Shown here one piece after another: positions 28,467 through 38,574 of a stretch of 64,000 bases of DNA; position 1 is the stretch's first letter, and the number at the start of each line of letters is the position of its first letter. The position numbers and the translations under genes were made by a program. The stretch is from Nitrospirota bacterium. GTDB taxonomy: Bacteria; Nitrospirota; Nitrospiria; Nitrospirales; NS-4. The stretch is taken from assembly GCA_963788195.1 (NCBI GenBank), contig CAWBGA010000001.1, positions 1 through 64,000 on the forward strand, read 5' to 3'. A model generated the notes under the pieces. That model was not told the origin of the DNA. It ran no database searches and saw only the letters and a program-made list of their open reading frames with translations.

Positions 28467-29186
28467 GTGACCACTTACTCACCAACGATGGCGATGACAC
28501 GGACGATAGCCGGAAACGGAACGAGGACCTCCTCAAGACAACGGCACGCCAGCATTATTTCTGCGGCGACCGCCCTGTTCGCGGCCAAGGGTTTTAACGG
28601 GACGACCACGAAAGAAATTGCGCAAACGGCGGGTATCAGTGAAGCTCTGGTCTTTAAGCATTTCCCGACAAAACGCGCCTTATATGCCGCGATCCTGGCA
28701 GAGAAAGTCCAACTCTCGCAATTAATGGACACCGTCGAGGCTGCCGCTGAGAAACGCGATGACGCCCGGGTTTTCACTTTGATCGCGAGCTTTCGCATAC
28801 ACCGCGCGGCCGATCCGACGCTACTGCGGCTGCTGCTGTTCAGCGCCTTGGAGGGCCACCAGCTTTCCGACATGTTCTTTCGGAACCGCCACCGTGTGTT
28901 CTACGAATACCTCTCCGCCTACATCCGCAGGCGGTGTGAAGAGGGAATCTTTCGTTGCCTCGACCCGTTGCTTGCAGCCCAGGCTTTCATAGGCATGATC
29001 GTCTATCACCGAATCCTACACGAAATTTTCAAAGTTCCGTTGCATTGCACTCCCGAAGAGGCAGTTGACGCCTATGTCGAAGTGTTTCTTTCCGGGTTAC
29101 GCGCACGACCGGGCGGCCGGAGGCGGCAGAACCTTCGAAGGATCGGCACAAACCACAGCCGACGACTGAGGCGCCAAGGGTCATGA
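28467..29186 (+). CDS. TetR/AcrR family regulator
   Basis: AATALFAAKGFNGTTTKEIAQTAGISEALVFKHFPTK. Confidence 0.95.
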   Translation: MTTYSPTMAMTRTIAGNGTRTSSRQRHASIISAATALFAAKGFNGTTTKEIAQTAGISEALVFKHFPTKRALYAAILAEKVQLSQLMDTVEAAAEKRDDARVFTLIASFRIHRAADPTLLRLLLFSALEGHQLSDMFFRNRHRVFYEYLSAYIRRRCEEGIFRCLDPLLAAQAFIGMIVYHRILHEIFKVPLHCTPEEAVDAYVEVFLSGLRARPGGRRRQNLRRIGTNHSRRLRRQGS

Positions 29187-30400
29187 AACGGATCCGGCAG
29201 CATCCATTGCTCACGATTACCGTTCTTCTGCTGCTGACGCTTCTGGCGTTGGTGGCATTTCGTCTCGTTGGCAACGCCGGCAAAAAGGACGTGCGCAAGG
29301 ATCGGGTCATCACGGTCGGCACGATAGCGCCGGTCCGCGCTGACCTTGAAGTTCACCTGGTCTACACAGCAGATATCCAGCCATACCAACAGGTCAATAT
29401 CTTTTCGCGACTGGACGGTCATATCTCCAAGATTCACGTCGATCGCGGCGACTTCGTCAAACCCAATCAGTTGCTGGTCGAAATCGATCACACGGACTAT
29501 GTCCATGCAGTCAATCGGGCGAAAGCGAACCTAGCCGTTGCGCGTGCCGATGTTGCGCGGCAGGAGGCGTCGATCAGGATCTCCCGCCTCAGCCTAAATC
29601 GGATGCAAACTCTGCTGAAGGATGACTTTGTCTCGCAACATGATCTGGACAGTGCGCAGGCGACATATGACACGGCCCTGGCGCAAATGGAATCTCAACG
29701 CGCTCAGGTCCGCCAGATGGAGGTTGCGCTTCAGCAAGCCGAGACGAATCTCACCTATTCTTATATCCGGGCGCCCTTCGCGGGGTATGTGGCCGTTCGC
29801 AATATGGATGTAGGAGCGTATGTCACAGGAGCAAGCGCCAGCACCTCGACGCTGAGCCGCGGCATCCTCGTCCTCCATGATATCGATCAGGTCCGGGTTT
29901 TACTCGATGTAGTAGAAAAAGACGTCCCATTCGTCAAAATCGGCCAATCGGCAGAGCTTCGCGGCGATGCCTATCCCGGAAAAATCTTTCGGGGCGAGCT
30001 CAGCCGCATCGTGCAAGGCTTGGATCGCAACACGCGCACCATGACGGTTGAAGTCGACATTCCGAATACGGATCGCTTGCTCAAGGCCGGCATGTTCGCC
30101 CGGGTGGAATTGAAGGTCGGGGTCCATCCTAATGCGATCCAGGTGCCCATTGACGCCGTCACACGACTGGAGATGGATCAGTATGTGTACACGGTGCAGG
30201 AGGGGAAAGCCCGCAAAGTTCCCGTTGTCATCGGCGTGCGAGACAACGACTTCGTGGAAATCACGCAGGGACTGAACGGCAACGAGGTGGTGATTCTGCA
30301 GGGTAAGGATCTGGTGACAGACGGCGTTGCGGTCAAGGTGGCCCCGGCAAGTGTCCCGTCCGGCACAAAGCTCCCGACAGGCGCCGAGGGTAAAAGTTAA
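29183..30400 (+). CDS. RND efflux membrane fusion protein
   Basis: VDRGDFVK, coiled coil, IRAPFAG, LKAGMFARV. Confidence 0.95.
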   Translation: MKRIRQHPLLTITVLLLLTLLALVAFRLVGNAGKKDVRKDRVITVGTIAPVRADLEVHLVYTADIQPYQQVNIFSRLDGHISKIHVDRGDFVKPNQLLVEIDHTDYVHAVNRAKANLAVARADVARQEASIRISRLSLNRMQTLLKDDFVSQHDLDSAQATYDTALAQMESQRAQVRQMEVALQQAETNLTYSYIRAPFAGYVAVRNMDVGAYVTGASASTSTLSRGILVLHDIDQVRVLLDVVEKDVPFVKIGQSAELRGDAYPGKIFRGELSRIVQGLDRNTRTMTVEVDIPNTDRLLKAGMFARVELKVGVHPNAIQVPIDAVTRLEMDQYVYTVQEGKARKVPVVIGVRDNDFVEITQGLNGNEVVILQGKDLVTDGVAVKVAPASVPSGTKLPTGAEGKS

Positions 30401-30403
30401 GGC

Positions 30404-33400
30404 ATGTGGCTGACCCTTCTTGCACTCCGTAACCGCATCGGGATCCTAATGCTCGCCTTAGCGATGGTCGTGTTGGGCGCCACCTCGCTCGCGCGACTGC
30501 CGGTGGATCTATTCCCTCAGATCCAGGTCCCGGTTGTCTTTGTCGGCGTGATCTATAAGGGCGCGCCGCCGATCGATATCGAGCAGAGCGTGATTTACCC
30601 ACTCGAAAAGGCCGTAAGCTCGGCCTCAAATGTCGACCATGTCGAGTCTTGGGCGAAACAAGGCATCGGCGGGATCATGGTCTATCTGAATTGGGGGGCC
30701 GATATTAATGTCGGCCAGATGGAGGTGATGCAGCGGGTCACTCAAATCCTGAACCAGTTGCCTCCCGGGATCTCTCAGCCGTTCGTATTCAAGTTCGATG
30801 TGTCCAACATCCCCGTGGCCTTTGTCACGGTCGCCGGAGGCAATCTCGATGAGCGGGCCCTGTACGATCTGGCGTATCACACGATCGCGCCGCAAATCGA
30901 GCAACTGCCGAACGTGGCGGCGGCGACGGTTGAGGGCGGCCGAATCCGCCAGATCAATATCAATCTGGACCCCACGCTGCTTCAGGCGAGATCCCTGTCC
31001 ATTTTGGACGTTGTGAACGCGGTCAAGGCTTCCAATCTGATTCTGCCGTCGGGAGACATCAAGGCGGGCAATCTCGATTACAACGTCTTTACCAACACCC
31101 AGTTCAAAACCGTGGAGCCCATTAATGATGTGATCGTCAAGGTCACGCCGGAAGGAAATCCGGTCCGGGTGCGGGATTTGGGAACCGTGACGGATTCCTC
31201 GGACATCCAAACCAACATCGTCCGGACGGATGGCCAGCGGTCGGTCTATCTGCGGGTCAATAAGCAGCCGGTCGCGAATACCGTCCAGGTCGTGGATGCG
31301 CTCCGACAGGCGCTGCCGAACATGATCGGCATCCCATCGGGCGTGAAACTCGGTGTCTCGTTCGATCAGTCGGTCTACATCCGGCAGTCGATCCAAAATC
31401 TGATGGAGCAGGCGCTGCATGGTTCGTTGCTGGCAGCTGCGGTCATTCTGCTGTTCCTCAGGAATCTGACCAGCACCTTGATCATCTCGGTCGCAATCCC
31501 TCTGTCGATTTTGGTGACATTCATCCTGCTGTATTTCACCGGTCAGACTCTCAACGTCTTTACACTAGGCGGTCTCGCACTCGGCATCGGCCGGCTGGTT
31601 GACGACTCCATCGTGGAGCTTGAGAACATTCAGCGGCATCTCAACACCGGACAGTCAAGATGGGAAGCGGTTCTTGAGGCCGCGCGTGAAGTGGCGATGC
31701 CGATCCTGGCGTCAACGGTGACCACCGTGGTCGTGTTCCTGCCTATCTTTTTTGTCGTCGGCATCGCCAGGTTGTTGTTCATTCCGCTGGTGCTGACGAT
31801 CGCCATCTCCTTGTTTACTTCATTTTTCATCTCCCGGACGGTAACGCCCGCGCTTTGCTATAAGTTTCTTAAGCCTGAACACGAGGCTGGTCGCGCGATG
31901 CCGGATTGGTGGGTGAAGTTAATGGCCTGGAGTCGGACCCGCTTCGAAGCCTTGGACGCCGGATACCAGCGAACGTTGTCCTGGGTGGTCTCACAGCGCC
32001 ACGCCGTCATGACCTCCATCCTGCTGATGTTTCCGGCCCTGTTGCTGGGAGTGCTCGTCATGCTGTCGGTGAATTTTGCCGCCGGTCTACTGGTGATGGC
32101 GGGAGCGATGGCTCTGGGCGGTTTGTATGTCATGTTGTACCGCACACCCGTGATCGGCGGCGTGGTGCTGATCATTGCGGGCTGCATCGCGCTGATTCCG
32201 CTCATCGGCACGGAGTTCATCCCTTTAACCGACGAAAGTCAGTTCCGCATTGTCCTGCGCGCAGCGGTCGGCCAGCGTGTCGAGAAGACCGAACAGCAGA
32301 CCGCCGAAATTGAACGAGTCATCCGCGAGTATGTTCAGCCGAACGAGCTGGACACGATTGTATCCAGCGTGGGCGTACTGCAACAGGGCCGCTCCTCTCT
32401 ATTCAATCCGAATACGGGGCCGCATGCCGCACTGATTCAGGTCTATCTCACGCCACCCGAAAGGCGCGGCCGTTCCCAGGAGGAGGTCCTCGACGCGGTC
32501 CGACCGCACCTGATTAAGCTGTTTGCCGGCGTCAAGATGATCCCGGACCCTGGGGGTATCGTTAAGCGCATCGTGAGCTTCGGGTCGTCGGCGCCCGTGG
32601 ATGTCGAGATCTACGGCTACGATCTCGAGAAGGCCCGCGAGGTCGTTCGACAGGTGGAGGAGATCATGCACAAGACTCCTGGGCTTGCCGACATTCTCCC
32701 GAGCCGGGAGGAGAATTACCCTGAAGTGAATATTACGGTGGATCGTGAAAAGGCGAGTCTGCTCGGCATCAACGAGCGGGACGTGGCGAGCACGGTTCTG
32801 TACTCGTTAAACGGCAACGGTCAGACTGATCCCATCATCTATACTGACCCGGAAAACGGCAATGAGTATTTCATCAGCGCGTGGCTCGCAGAGCAATATC
32901 GACAGGACTTGAGCGATCTGGAAAATATCCTGCTGACGACGCCGGGAAAGAGCCCAGTCCTTCTTAAAAATGTGGCCGCCCTCAAGCTGAACTCGGGACC
33001 GGTCCGCATCGAGCGCAAGTACTTTCAGCGGGTGGTGCATGTCACAGGCAATCCGGTCGGCCGGGACCTCGGCGCGATCGCCGCGGATCTCGAAAGCCGC
33101 TTCGCAGAGCTCCGACTCCCGGAAGGCTTTAGTGTGCGCCTTGCCGGGCAGATCCAGCAGCAACGGGAGACTTTCACGGGACTGCTTTTTGCGTCGGTAT
33201 TGGCGTTGTTGCTCGTTTATATGGTGATGGCGGCGCAGTTCAAGTCGCTGATGGATCCCTTCATCATCATGTTTTCCATCCCTCTGGGATTCCCGGGTGT
33301 TATTGTCATGCTGTTCCTCACCGGCACGACATTATCCACCACATCCTTTATGGGCGTCATCATGATGCTCGGGATCGTCGTCTCAAACGGGGTTCTGCTG

Positions 33401-33736
33401 GTGGATTATACGAATGTCCTGAGACGGCGGGGGACGGAGTTGCATCAGGCGGTTGTTCAGGCGGGCAGAACCCGTCTCCGTCCCATCCTGATGACATCTC
33501 TGGCCACGGTCTTCGGTCTCCTGCCTATGGCGCTGGGGTACGGTACCGGCGGCGAGACCAATGCCCCTCTGGCGCGGGCTGTCATCGGGGGGCTTACTGT
33601 TTCGACGGCGCTCACGCTGTTCCTGGTGCCGACGCTGTACACGTTGCTGGAGGAGCGTTTTCCCCGAAGGGCCGAGGCCTCACAAGCAGAACGCTATGTC
33701 CCAACCGTGCCAGCCTCTGAAGAGCCGGTCACCTAG
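30404..33736 (+). CDS. AcrB/CzcA-family RND permease
   Basis: LPVDLFP, GRLVDDSIVELENI, GIVVSNGVLLVD, RLRPILMTSLAT. Confidence 0.97.
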   Translation: MWLTLLALRNRIGILMLALAMVVLGATSLARLPVDLFPQIQVPVVFVGVIYKGAPPIDIEQSVIYPLEKAVSSASNVDHVESWAKQGIGGIMVYLNWGADINVGQMEVMQRVTQILNQLPPGISQPFVFKFDVSNIPVAFVTVAGGNLDERALYDLAYHTIAPQIEQLPNVAAATVEGGRIRQININLDPTLLQARSLSILDVVNAVKASNLILPSGDIKAGNLDYNVFTNTQFKTVEPINDVIVKVTPEGNPVRVRDLGTVTDSSDIQTNIVRTDGQRSVYLRVNKQPVANTVQVVDALRQALPNMIGIPSGVKLGVSFDQSVYIRQSIQNLMEQALHGSLLAAAVILLFLRNLTSTLIISVAIPLSILVTFILLYFTGQTLNVFTLGGLALGIGRLVDDSIVELENIQRHLNTGQSRWEAVLEAAREVAMPILASTVTTVVVFLPIFFVVGIARLLFIPLVLTIAISLFTSFFISRTVTPALCYKFLKPEHEAGRAMPDWWVKLMAWSRTRFEALDAGYQRTLSWVVSQRHAVMTSILLMFPALLLGVLVMLSVNFAAGLLVMAGAMALGGLYVMLYRTPVIGGVVLIIAGCIALIPLIGTEFIPLTDESQFRIVLRAAVGQRVEKTEQQTAEIERVIREYVQPNELDTIVSSVGVLQQGRSSLFNPNTGPHAALIQVYLTPPERRGRSQEEVLDAVRPHLIKLFAGVKMIPDPGGIVKRIVSFGSSAPVDVEIYGYDLEKAREVVRQVEEIMHKTPGLADILPSREENYPEVNITVDREKASLLGINERDVASTVLYSLNGNGQTDPIIYTDPENGNEYFISAWLAEQYRQDLSDLENILLTTPGKSPVLLKNVAALKLNSGPVRIERKYFQRVVHVTGNPVGRDLGAIAADLESRFAELRLPEGFSVRLAGQIQQQRETFTGLLFASVLALLLVYMVMAAQFKSLMDPFIIMFSIPLGFPGVIVMLFLTGTTLSTTSFMGVIMMLGIVVSNGVLLVDYTNVLRRRGTELHQAVVQAGRTRLRPILMTSLATVFGLLPMALGYGTGGETNAPLARAVIGGLTVSTALTLFLVPTLYTLLEERFPRRAEASQAERYVPTVPASEEPVT

Positions 33737-33838
33737 CCACTTTATCTATCCGTCGTCCGCATTGATTCCATCCCTGTGCCAGCAATTCTCCGGCCGACCT
33801 TTGTCAGGAAGCCTTGATAGGTGTATGTTACTAGGTAA

Positions 33839-34408
33839 ATGAAGGTCTTCGATTCAGCCAAATCCATCGTCGAAACAGTACAGGCCATTGCGGAGGTGCC
33901 ATGGAAGATTGTGCCCCTGTGGCAACTGTGTGTGACGTCCTTGGGCTTTGGCGGTCTGATATATATCCTAAGAACCGCCGAAGACGGTTGGATCTTCATT
34001 GACCACGCCAATCTCGTATTTCACGAGGCCGGACATCCGATCTTCGGGCTTTTGGGCTCCACGATGGGATTATACGGCGGCACGCTCGGGCAGCTTGTGT
34101 TTCCGCTTGTCGCGCTGGGGTCCTTCTGGGCTCAACGGGAAACTGTGGGATTCGCGGTCGCCGGCGCTTGGTTTTTCGAAAACTTTTTGAACATTGCCCG
34201 GTACATGGCGGACGCGCGCGAGCAGATACTTCCCCTGGTGGGTGGCGGTGAACATGACTGGACGAATATCTTCAGCCAATGGGGTGTGCTTTCGTCGGAC
34301 ACGCTCATTGCCGGGCGGGTGGCCGGCGCGGGCTGGGTCGGACTTCTCGCAATGTGGATTTGGATTGTCTGGCGATGGAAGAATGGGCGACTTAAGGCGG
34401 CAGGTTAA
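33839..34408 (+). CDS. Membrane protein with HExxH (M50-like metallopeptidase motif)
   Basis: NLVFHEAGH, GGTLGQL, YMADA, HDW. Confidence 0.7.
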   Translation: MKVFDSAKSIVETVQAIAEVPWKIVPLWQLCVTSLGFGGLIYILRTAEDGWIFIDHANLVFHEAGHPIFGLLGSTMGLYGGTLGQLVFPLVALGSFWAQRETVGFAVAGAWFFENFLNIARYMADAREQILPLVGGGEHDWTNIFSQWGVLSSDTLIAGRVAGAGWVGLLAMWIWIVWRWKNGRLKAAG

Positions 34409-35097
34409 TTCACCCCGTAGGCTTTTGAGATGTTGGCCTTCCACTGATCCATATAGGCTGGAAACTCAAGAGCCGGCCCTTTTTTTTGGATGTGCACCAG
34501 AGGGTAGGCTTCGTCGCTCAAGACTTTTTCCTGATGGAGCCGGTCCACGAGTGATGGTCCTCCCGCCTGGAGACCTTCCGGAGGACGGTCGAATACTCCG
34601 TTCTGCAACACGCGCGCAATTTCATTCTGGGTTTCATTCGCTACCAGGAGCATCAGGTAGGCCGCATACCATGCAGCAAGGTGCTCCCGCCGGGTGTCAG
34701 CGGTTACATCGCGGTCGGGCCAGTAATGCGATGCGTTAAAATAGCGTTCAGCGATGTCGGTGAAGAAAGGGGGGACCAGACGGACATCCAGGTACTGACC
34801 GTCCTGATTTTCAATCAAAATCGACCGTGAGATGATGTCCAGGGCCCAAAGCGAATCGGCTGACATTGGACTCAGCGGCGAATCAAGCTTCTCCATGAGA
34901 CGTTCATTAGAGAGAATCTGGCGGGTGAGGGATTCATAGAGATAAAGAGCATACGGAGGCGAAAGGTGCTTTGCGACGGAGACCAACGCAGTTTCCACAG
35001 CCGCCTGCATGTTGGGCGGGGTTGAGGTGGCTGACCAGGACGGACTGGCGGTCCCAATAAAGATTCCCGTCAGGAGTATGGTCGCCACGAGGTTCAT
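34405..35097 (-). CDS. Secreted hypothetical protein
   Basis: Signal peptide, 230-aa ORF. Confidence 0.6.
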   Translation of the reverse strand: MNLVATILLTGIFIGTASPSWSATSTPPNMQAAVETALVSVAKHLSPPYALYLYESLTRQILSNERLMEKLDSPLSPMSADSLWALDIISRSILIENQDGQYLDVRLVPPFFTDIAERYFNASHYWPDRDVTADTRREHLAAWYAAYLMLLVANETQNEIARVLQNGVFDRPPEGLQAGGPSLVDRLHQEKVLSDEAYPLVHIQKKGPALEFPAYMDQWKANISKAYGVN

Positions 35098-35477
35098 GGC
35101 GTGGTTTCGTTGGCATGGTTTGGGGCTCGTGCATCTTCCCTGATGGCCTTATCGGAGGGTTGTTCCGGGCGGTCCCGATGCGCGCTTCCGAAGAAGAAGC
35201 AGTCTTCCCGCACACTGTGCGTTTCCGTCAGCAGCACCGCATCCGACAATTCGTGGGTGATATGATCGACAACCAAACTCATATCGGCCTCACCATATAC
35301 ATTATAGCGCCAAATGCTGGCGCCGGTCGCTTCGTCCAGAGTCTCTTCGAGCAGGCCCCAATGCTCACTATGACCGGTCGCGCGTTGAACAATGGCGGGG
35401 AAGGAATCTATGACCCAACGTTGGCTCTCTCTCAGAGCCTTGGAAAGAGAAAACATAACGCTTCTAAAGGAAGCCAT
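35094..35477 (-). CDS. Hypothetical protein
   Basis: Stop overlaps the next start (ATGA); start position uncertain. Confidence 0.45.
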   Translation of the reverse strand: MASFRSVMFSLSKALRESQRWVIDSFPAIVQRATGHSEHWGLLEETLDEATGASIWRYNVYGEADMSLVVDHITHELSDAVLLTETHSVREDCFFFGSAHRDRPEQPSDKAIREDARAPNHANETTP

Positions 35478-35574
35478 GAGCTGAGGATAGCTGGTGATCG
35501 CCGAACGGGTCAACGGGGGAACGCCCGTGCAGATTGACCGTGAGCGGTCGTGAGAGGTAGCCTTAGCCATACCG

Positions 35575-35810
35575 GGGGAAAGGGAGTTTGTCCCACGGGA
35601 CAAAAGCCTGTCTTGGCAGGCTTGGGGCCGGGTGGGTGACATGAAACTCCAGGCGGGTGAGATCAATACAAAGCCGAGGGCACAGAACCTATCCCGGCGG
35701 CCTTAAATAATCATCAGGCCTTCGGGTCGAGCAAGCTCGGCTTGGCGGGCGGGTGCAATGGGCAAAGGAATCTGTCCTGGCAGATTCCAGGGCTGGGCGG
35801 GTGCAATAGG
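35575..35810 (+). repeat. Modular G-rich dispersed repeat, locus B
   Basis: tgtcccacgggacaaaagcctgtcttggcagg matches 25883-25915; cgagcaagct..cttggcgggcgggtgc matches the reverse complement of ~63715-63743. Confidence 0.85.
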
Positions 35811-35839
35811 TTTACGGACAATATAGAAAGGAACCTTCA

Positions 35840-36148
35840 ATGCCGAGTTATATAAAGGTCGCGTCGGTCTCACAGATAGCCCCGGGGACTGGCATGGTCG
35901 CGAATGTCAACGACAAGGAGGTGGCGGTCTTCAACGTCGACGGCACTTTTTATGCGATCGAGAACATCTGCAAACATCGAGGCGGGCCGTTGGGCGAGGG
36001 AGAATTAGAGGGGGATACGGTGACCTGTCCCTGGCATGCATGGCAATACAACGTGAAGAATGGAAGCTGCCTCACGAAGGAAGGGATCAAAATGGACACC
36101 TACGAGGTTCAAGTGGAGGGCGACGACGTTAAGATCGCCATACCGTGA
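35840..36148 (+). CDS. Rieske [2Fe-2S] ferredoxin
   Basis: CKHRGGPL...CPWH. Confidence 0.95.
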   Translation: MPSYIKVASVSQIAPGTGMVANVNDKEVAVFNVDGTFYAIENICKHRGGPLGEGELEGDTVTCPWHAWQYNVKNGSCLTKEGIKMDTYEVQVEGDDVKIAIP

Positions 36149-36189
36149 AAACGCATGAATATTCGCCGGCTCGGTCAGCGGACAGGAGT

Positions 36190-36756
36190 TCAACGATCAA
36201 TTACGGTCCACCGGACCTCGTCGTCGTGAGTGACGGAAGCGAGATGATTCTGAAAGCGATAGTGCTGCACGCCCCACTGGTGGTCTCGATAGTCGATAAT
36301 CAGTCGGTCTGAACTGAGAACGCGCTGGATCCGAACTTTCTTTAGATCACGTAGACCCGCACCAGTTGCCTTGAGCACAGCCTCCTTCGCCGTCCAATAC
36401 CGAAAAAAGGTTTCCCATTCTCGGTTTCCGGCAAGCTCCCATTCGGCGTCTTCCGCCACATACCGAAACAAGCCTTTATGTCTGGGGACTATTTCCTCAA
36501 GATCGATACCCACCGGTTTTTCCGAAACAACCGCGGCGACAAACTGAGGCTTATGCGAGACGGACCAGTGCCAGCCAGCGAACGGCAGCGGGACATTGTG
36601 CACGTCTTTTTCAAAGGGGCCGCAGCAGGGTAGGCCGCCTATCTTACAGCTCTGAACAAGAGCTTCCCGCGCCGTCTCGCGCTGCGCCTGCATGTGATGA
36701 GGGCCAACCAGGGACCTGTGCTCGGAAGACAGTGGCAGTATGACTGGATAGAGCAA
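36190..36756 (-). CDS. Sfp-type 4'-phosphopantetheinyl transferase
   Basis: WSVSHK, VGIDLE, WTAKEAVLKATGAGL. Confidence 0.92.
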   Translation of the reverse strand: MLYPVILPLSSEHRSLVGPHHMQAQRETAREALVQSCKIGGLPCCGPFEKDVHNVPLPFAGWHWSVSHKPQFVAAVVSEKPVGIDLEEIVPRHKGLFRYVAEDAEWELAGNREWETFFRYWTAKEAVLKATGAGLRDLKKVRIQRVLSSDRLIIDYRDHQWGVQHYRFQNHLASVTHDDEVRWTVIDR

Positions 36757-36860
36757 GGGACTTTGGTTCCACAGATATTCTAAACGCGGCGCCGGTGAGA
36801 GACAACACTCTGGCCTGAGACGTTTACTGTTTCCGGCCTTAAGGAGTAATATGCGGCCAT

Positions 36861-37595
36861 ATGCCTGCCTTCCGGCTCCGACGGCTGCGTGACGTGTTCT
36901 TTCTGACGGGCCTGATTGTTGTAACCGGATGCCAGCCTGATCACTCGCCGCTCAAGGAAGAAAATGAGCGGTTACGTGATCAAGTGGCGAAACAGGAAGC
37001 CATCGTCAACTCACTTCAGGACGGGAGCAAATTTTTGCAGGAGCAAACCACTCTCTTGACCCAAGAGGCGCGTGAGGCCAAGAAAGAAGCCGTTCGTCTT
37101 GAAACGGAACGACAGGCCACGGCCGCACAGCTCCAGGCGCAGCTTTTGGAGAACCGCAAGCTCAGCAAAGACAATCAGCTCTTTTCGGCAACGAAGAGTC
37201 GAAGCGAGCAGAGTTTTCGTGTCGATGACAAAGGCGGCCAATCCGAGGAAGTCCCGCAGCCTCTGGCGGCTGTGTGCAGGGCCGCCGAGGAAACTTTGGG
37301 GAAAAATGGATATACGCTGCGAGTGAGCGTCAAGACAGATCAGAAGGCAGTCTACGTTACAGACCGAAAACTGTCATCCCCATCGACACTGGAACTTTCC
37401 GGGTTTCGCAATCAGTACCTGGTGTCGATTCAAACGCTTCCTTCGAACCACGCACGCGTCACCGTAAGAGCAGACTTTGAGAAAATGGGCCAGGGAGGCC
37501 GCGTCTTGGTTGCCGGCACGGAAGAGATCGCAGAGATCGAGCGCCGGCTCATCGGTGAAATTCGGCACGCGCTTGCCGTGCCGGGAAAAGTGTAG
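36861..37595 (+). CDS. Coiled-coil lipoprotein
   Basis: Lipobox VTGC followed by coiled coil. Confidence 0.75.
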   Translation: MPAFRLRRLRDVFFLTGLIVVTGCQPDHSPLKEENERLRDQVAKQEAIVNSLQDGSKFLQEQTTLLTQEAREAKKEAVRLETERQATAAQLQAQLLENRKLSKDNQLFSATKSRSEQSFRVDDKGGQSEEVPQPLAAVCRAAEETLGKNGYTLRVSVKTDQKAVYVTDRKLSSPSTLELSGFRNQYLVSIQTLPSNHARVTVRADFEKMGQGGRVLVAGTEEIAEIERRLIGEIRHALAVPGKV

Positions 37596-37636
37596 CGTTC
37601 TCCATGAGAGACCTGCAATAGAATGGCTCGGTCCTC

Positions 37637-38437
37637 ATGACCGGGGTCGTCAAGTCGTCGATAGCGCTCTACCAGCACGCCCTGCAAGCCACGCTGCGCT
37701 CATTCGTGCGCGGGTGGATCATCGCGGTTGCGGTCGTTATCTTCGCGGGCCTGATGCTGGTGGCCTCGATGATCGCGCGGCCGTTGGGCATGCTGGGCGG
37801 CTTTTTGCTGGGCGCCGTGAATGCCCTACTGATCGGGGCCACTCTCAGCCTTGTTGAACAGGCGGTGAATAGTGGGCGTCAGTTGACATTCGAAGATATC
37901 AAGGCGAGCTTTGGCCAGTACTTCTGGGATGTCATTAGCGTGGGTTTTGTTCTCTGGCTGCCGATCATGATTATCGAGCAGGGCGCCGCGGCGAATCCCT
38001 ACGGCCCCTTCCTCGCCGCCGCGATTTTCTTGTTATTGTTCATCCTCTTGAATGCCGCCCCTGAGGTGATCTATCAAGCGCGGCCCGGCTCTCCGCTGGA
38101 CGTCATTCGTGTGAGCTACGAGTTTATAGTGCAGAACTGGATTGAGTGGTTTTTGCCGTTAGCGTTGGTCGTCGCCCCCTTCGGCCTGTCATTTTTCTTC
38201 ACCATCTCGGAGCGGATGGGCCGGGGGGCGCTGCTGGACTTTTTCCAAATTCTTACTCTCCCGTTTCAGCTTCTACAGGCCGGCCTTGGTTATCTCGGCC
38301 TGCCGACCGTCGTGAGTTTGACGCTCGTGCTTGTGCTCACGCCCCTAGCGACTGTCGCCATGCTGATCTTTCGCGGGCATCTATTTGCGGCGCTTCACGG
38401 CTCTTCGAGGCGGAAGCGGGCGTTTGAAGCGCGGTGA
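37637..38437 (+). CDS. Integral membrane hypothetical protein
   Basis: Multiple TM segments; NAAPEVIY, NWIEWFLP. Confidence 0.75.
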   Translation: MTGVVKSSIALYQHALQATLRSFVRGWIIAVAVVIFAGLMLVASMIARPLGMLGGFLLGAVNALLIGATLSLVEQAVNSGRQLTFEDIKASFGQYFWDVISVGFVLWLPIMIIEQGAAANPYGPFLAAAIFLLLFILLNAAPEVIYQARPGSPLDVIRVSYEFIVQNWIEWFLPLALVVAPFGLSFFFTISERMGRGALLDFFQILTLPFQLLQAGLGYLGLPTVVSLTLVLVLTPLATVAMLIFRGHLFAALHGSSRRKRAFEAR

Positions 38438-38574
38438 TACCAGGCCTTCGGGTCCTACCTTCCTAATTCCTTTGATTTAGACCGTTGCCAGTATAGACTT
38501 CTACGAGTATCGAACTGCCCCAAGCCGATACGACGGAACGGCCGGTAGAATCCCGCGCGCCCAGGAATCAGGCC

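Noticed and set aside
36190..36756. PPTase as a marker of an NRPS/PKS cluster
   Set aside because: No carrier-protein or synthase genes in the window
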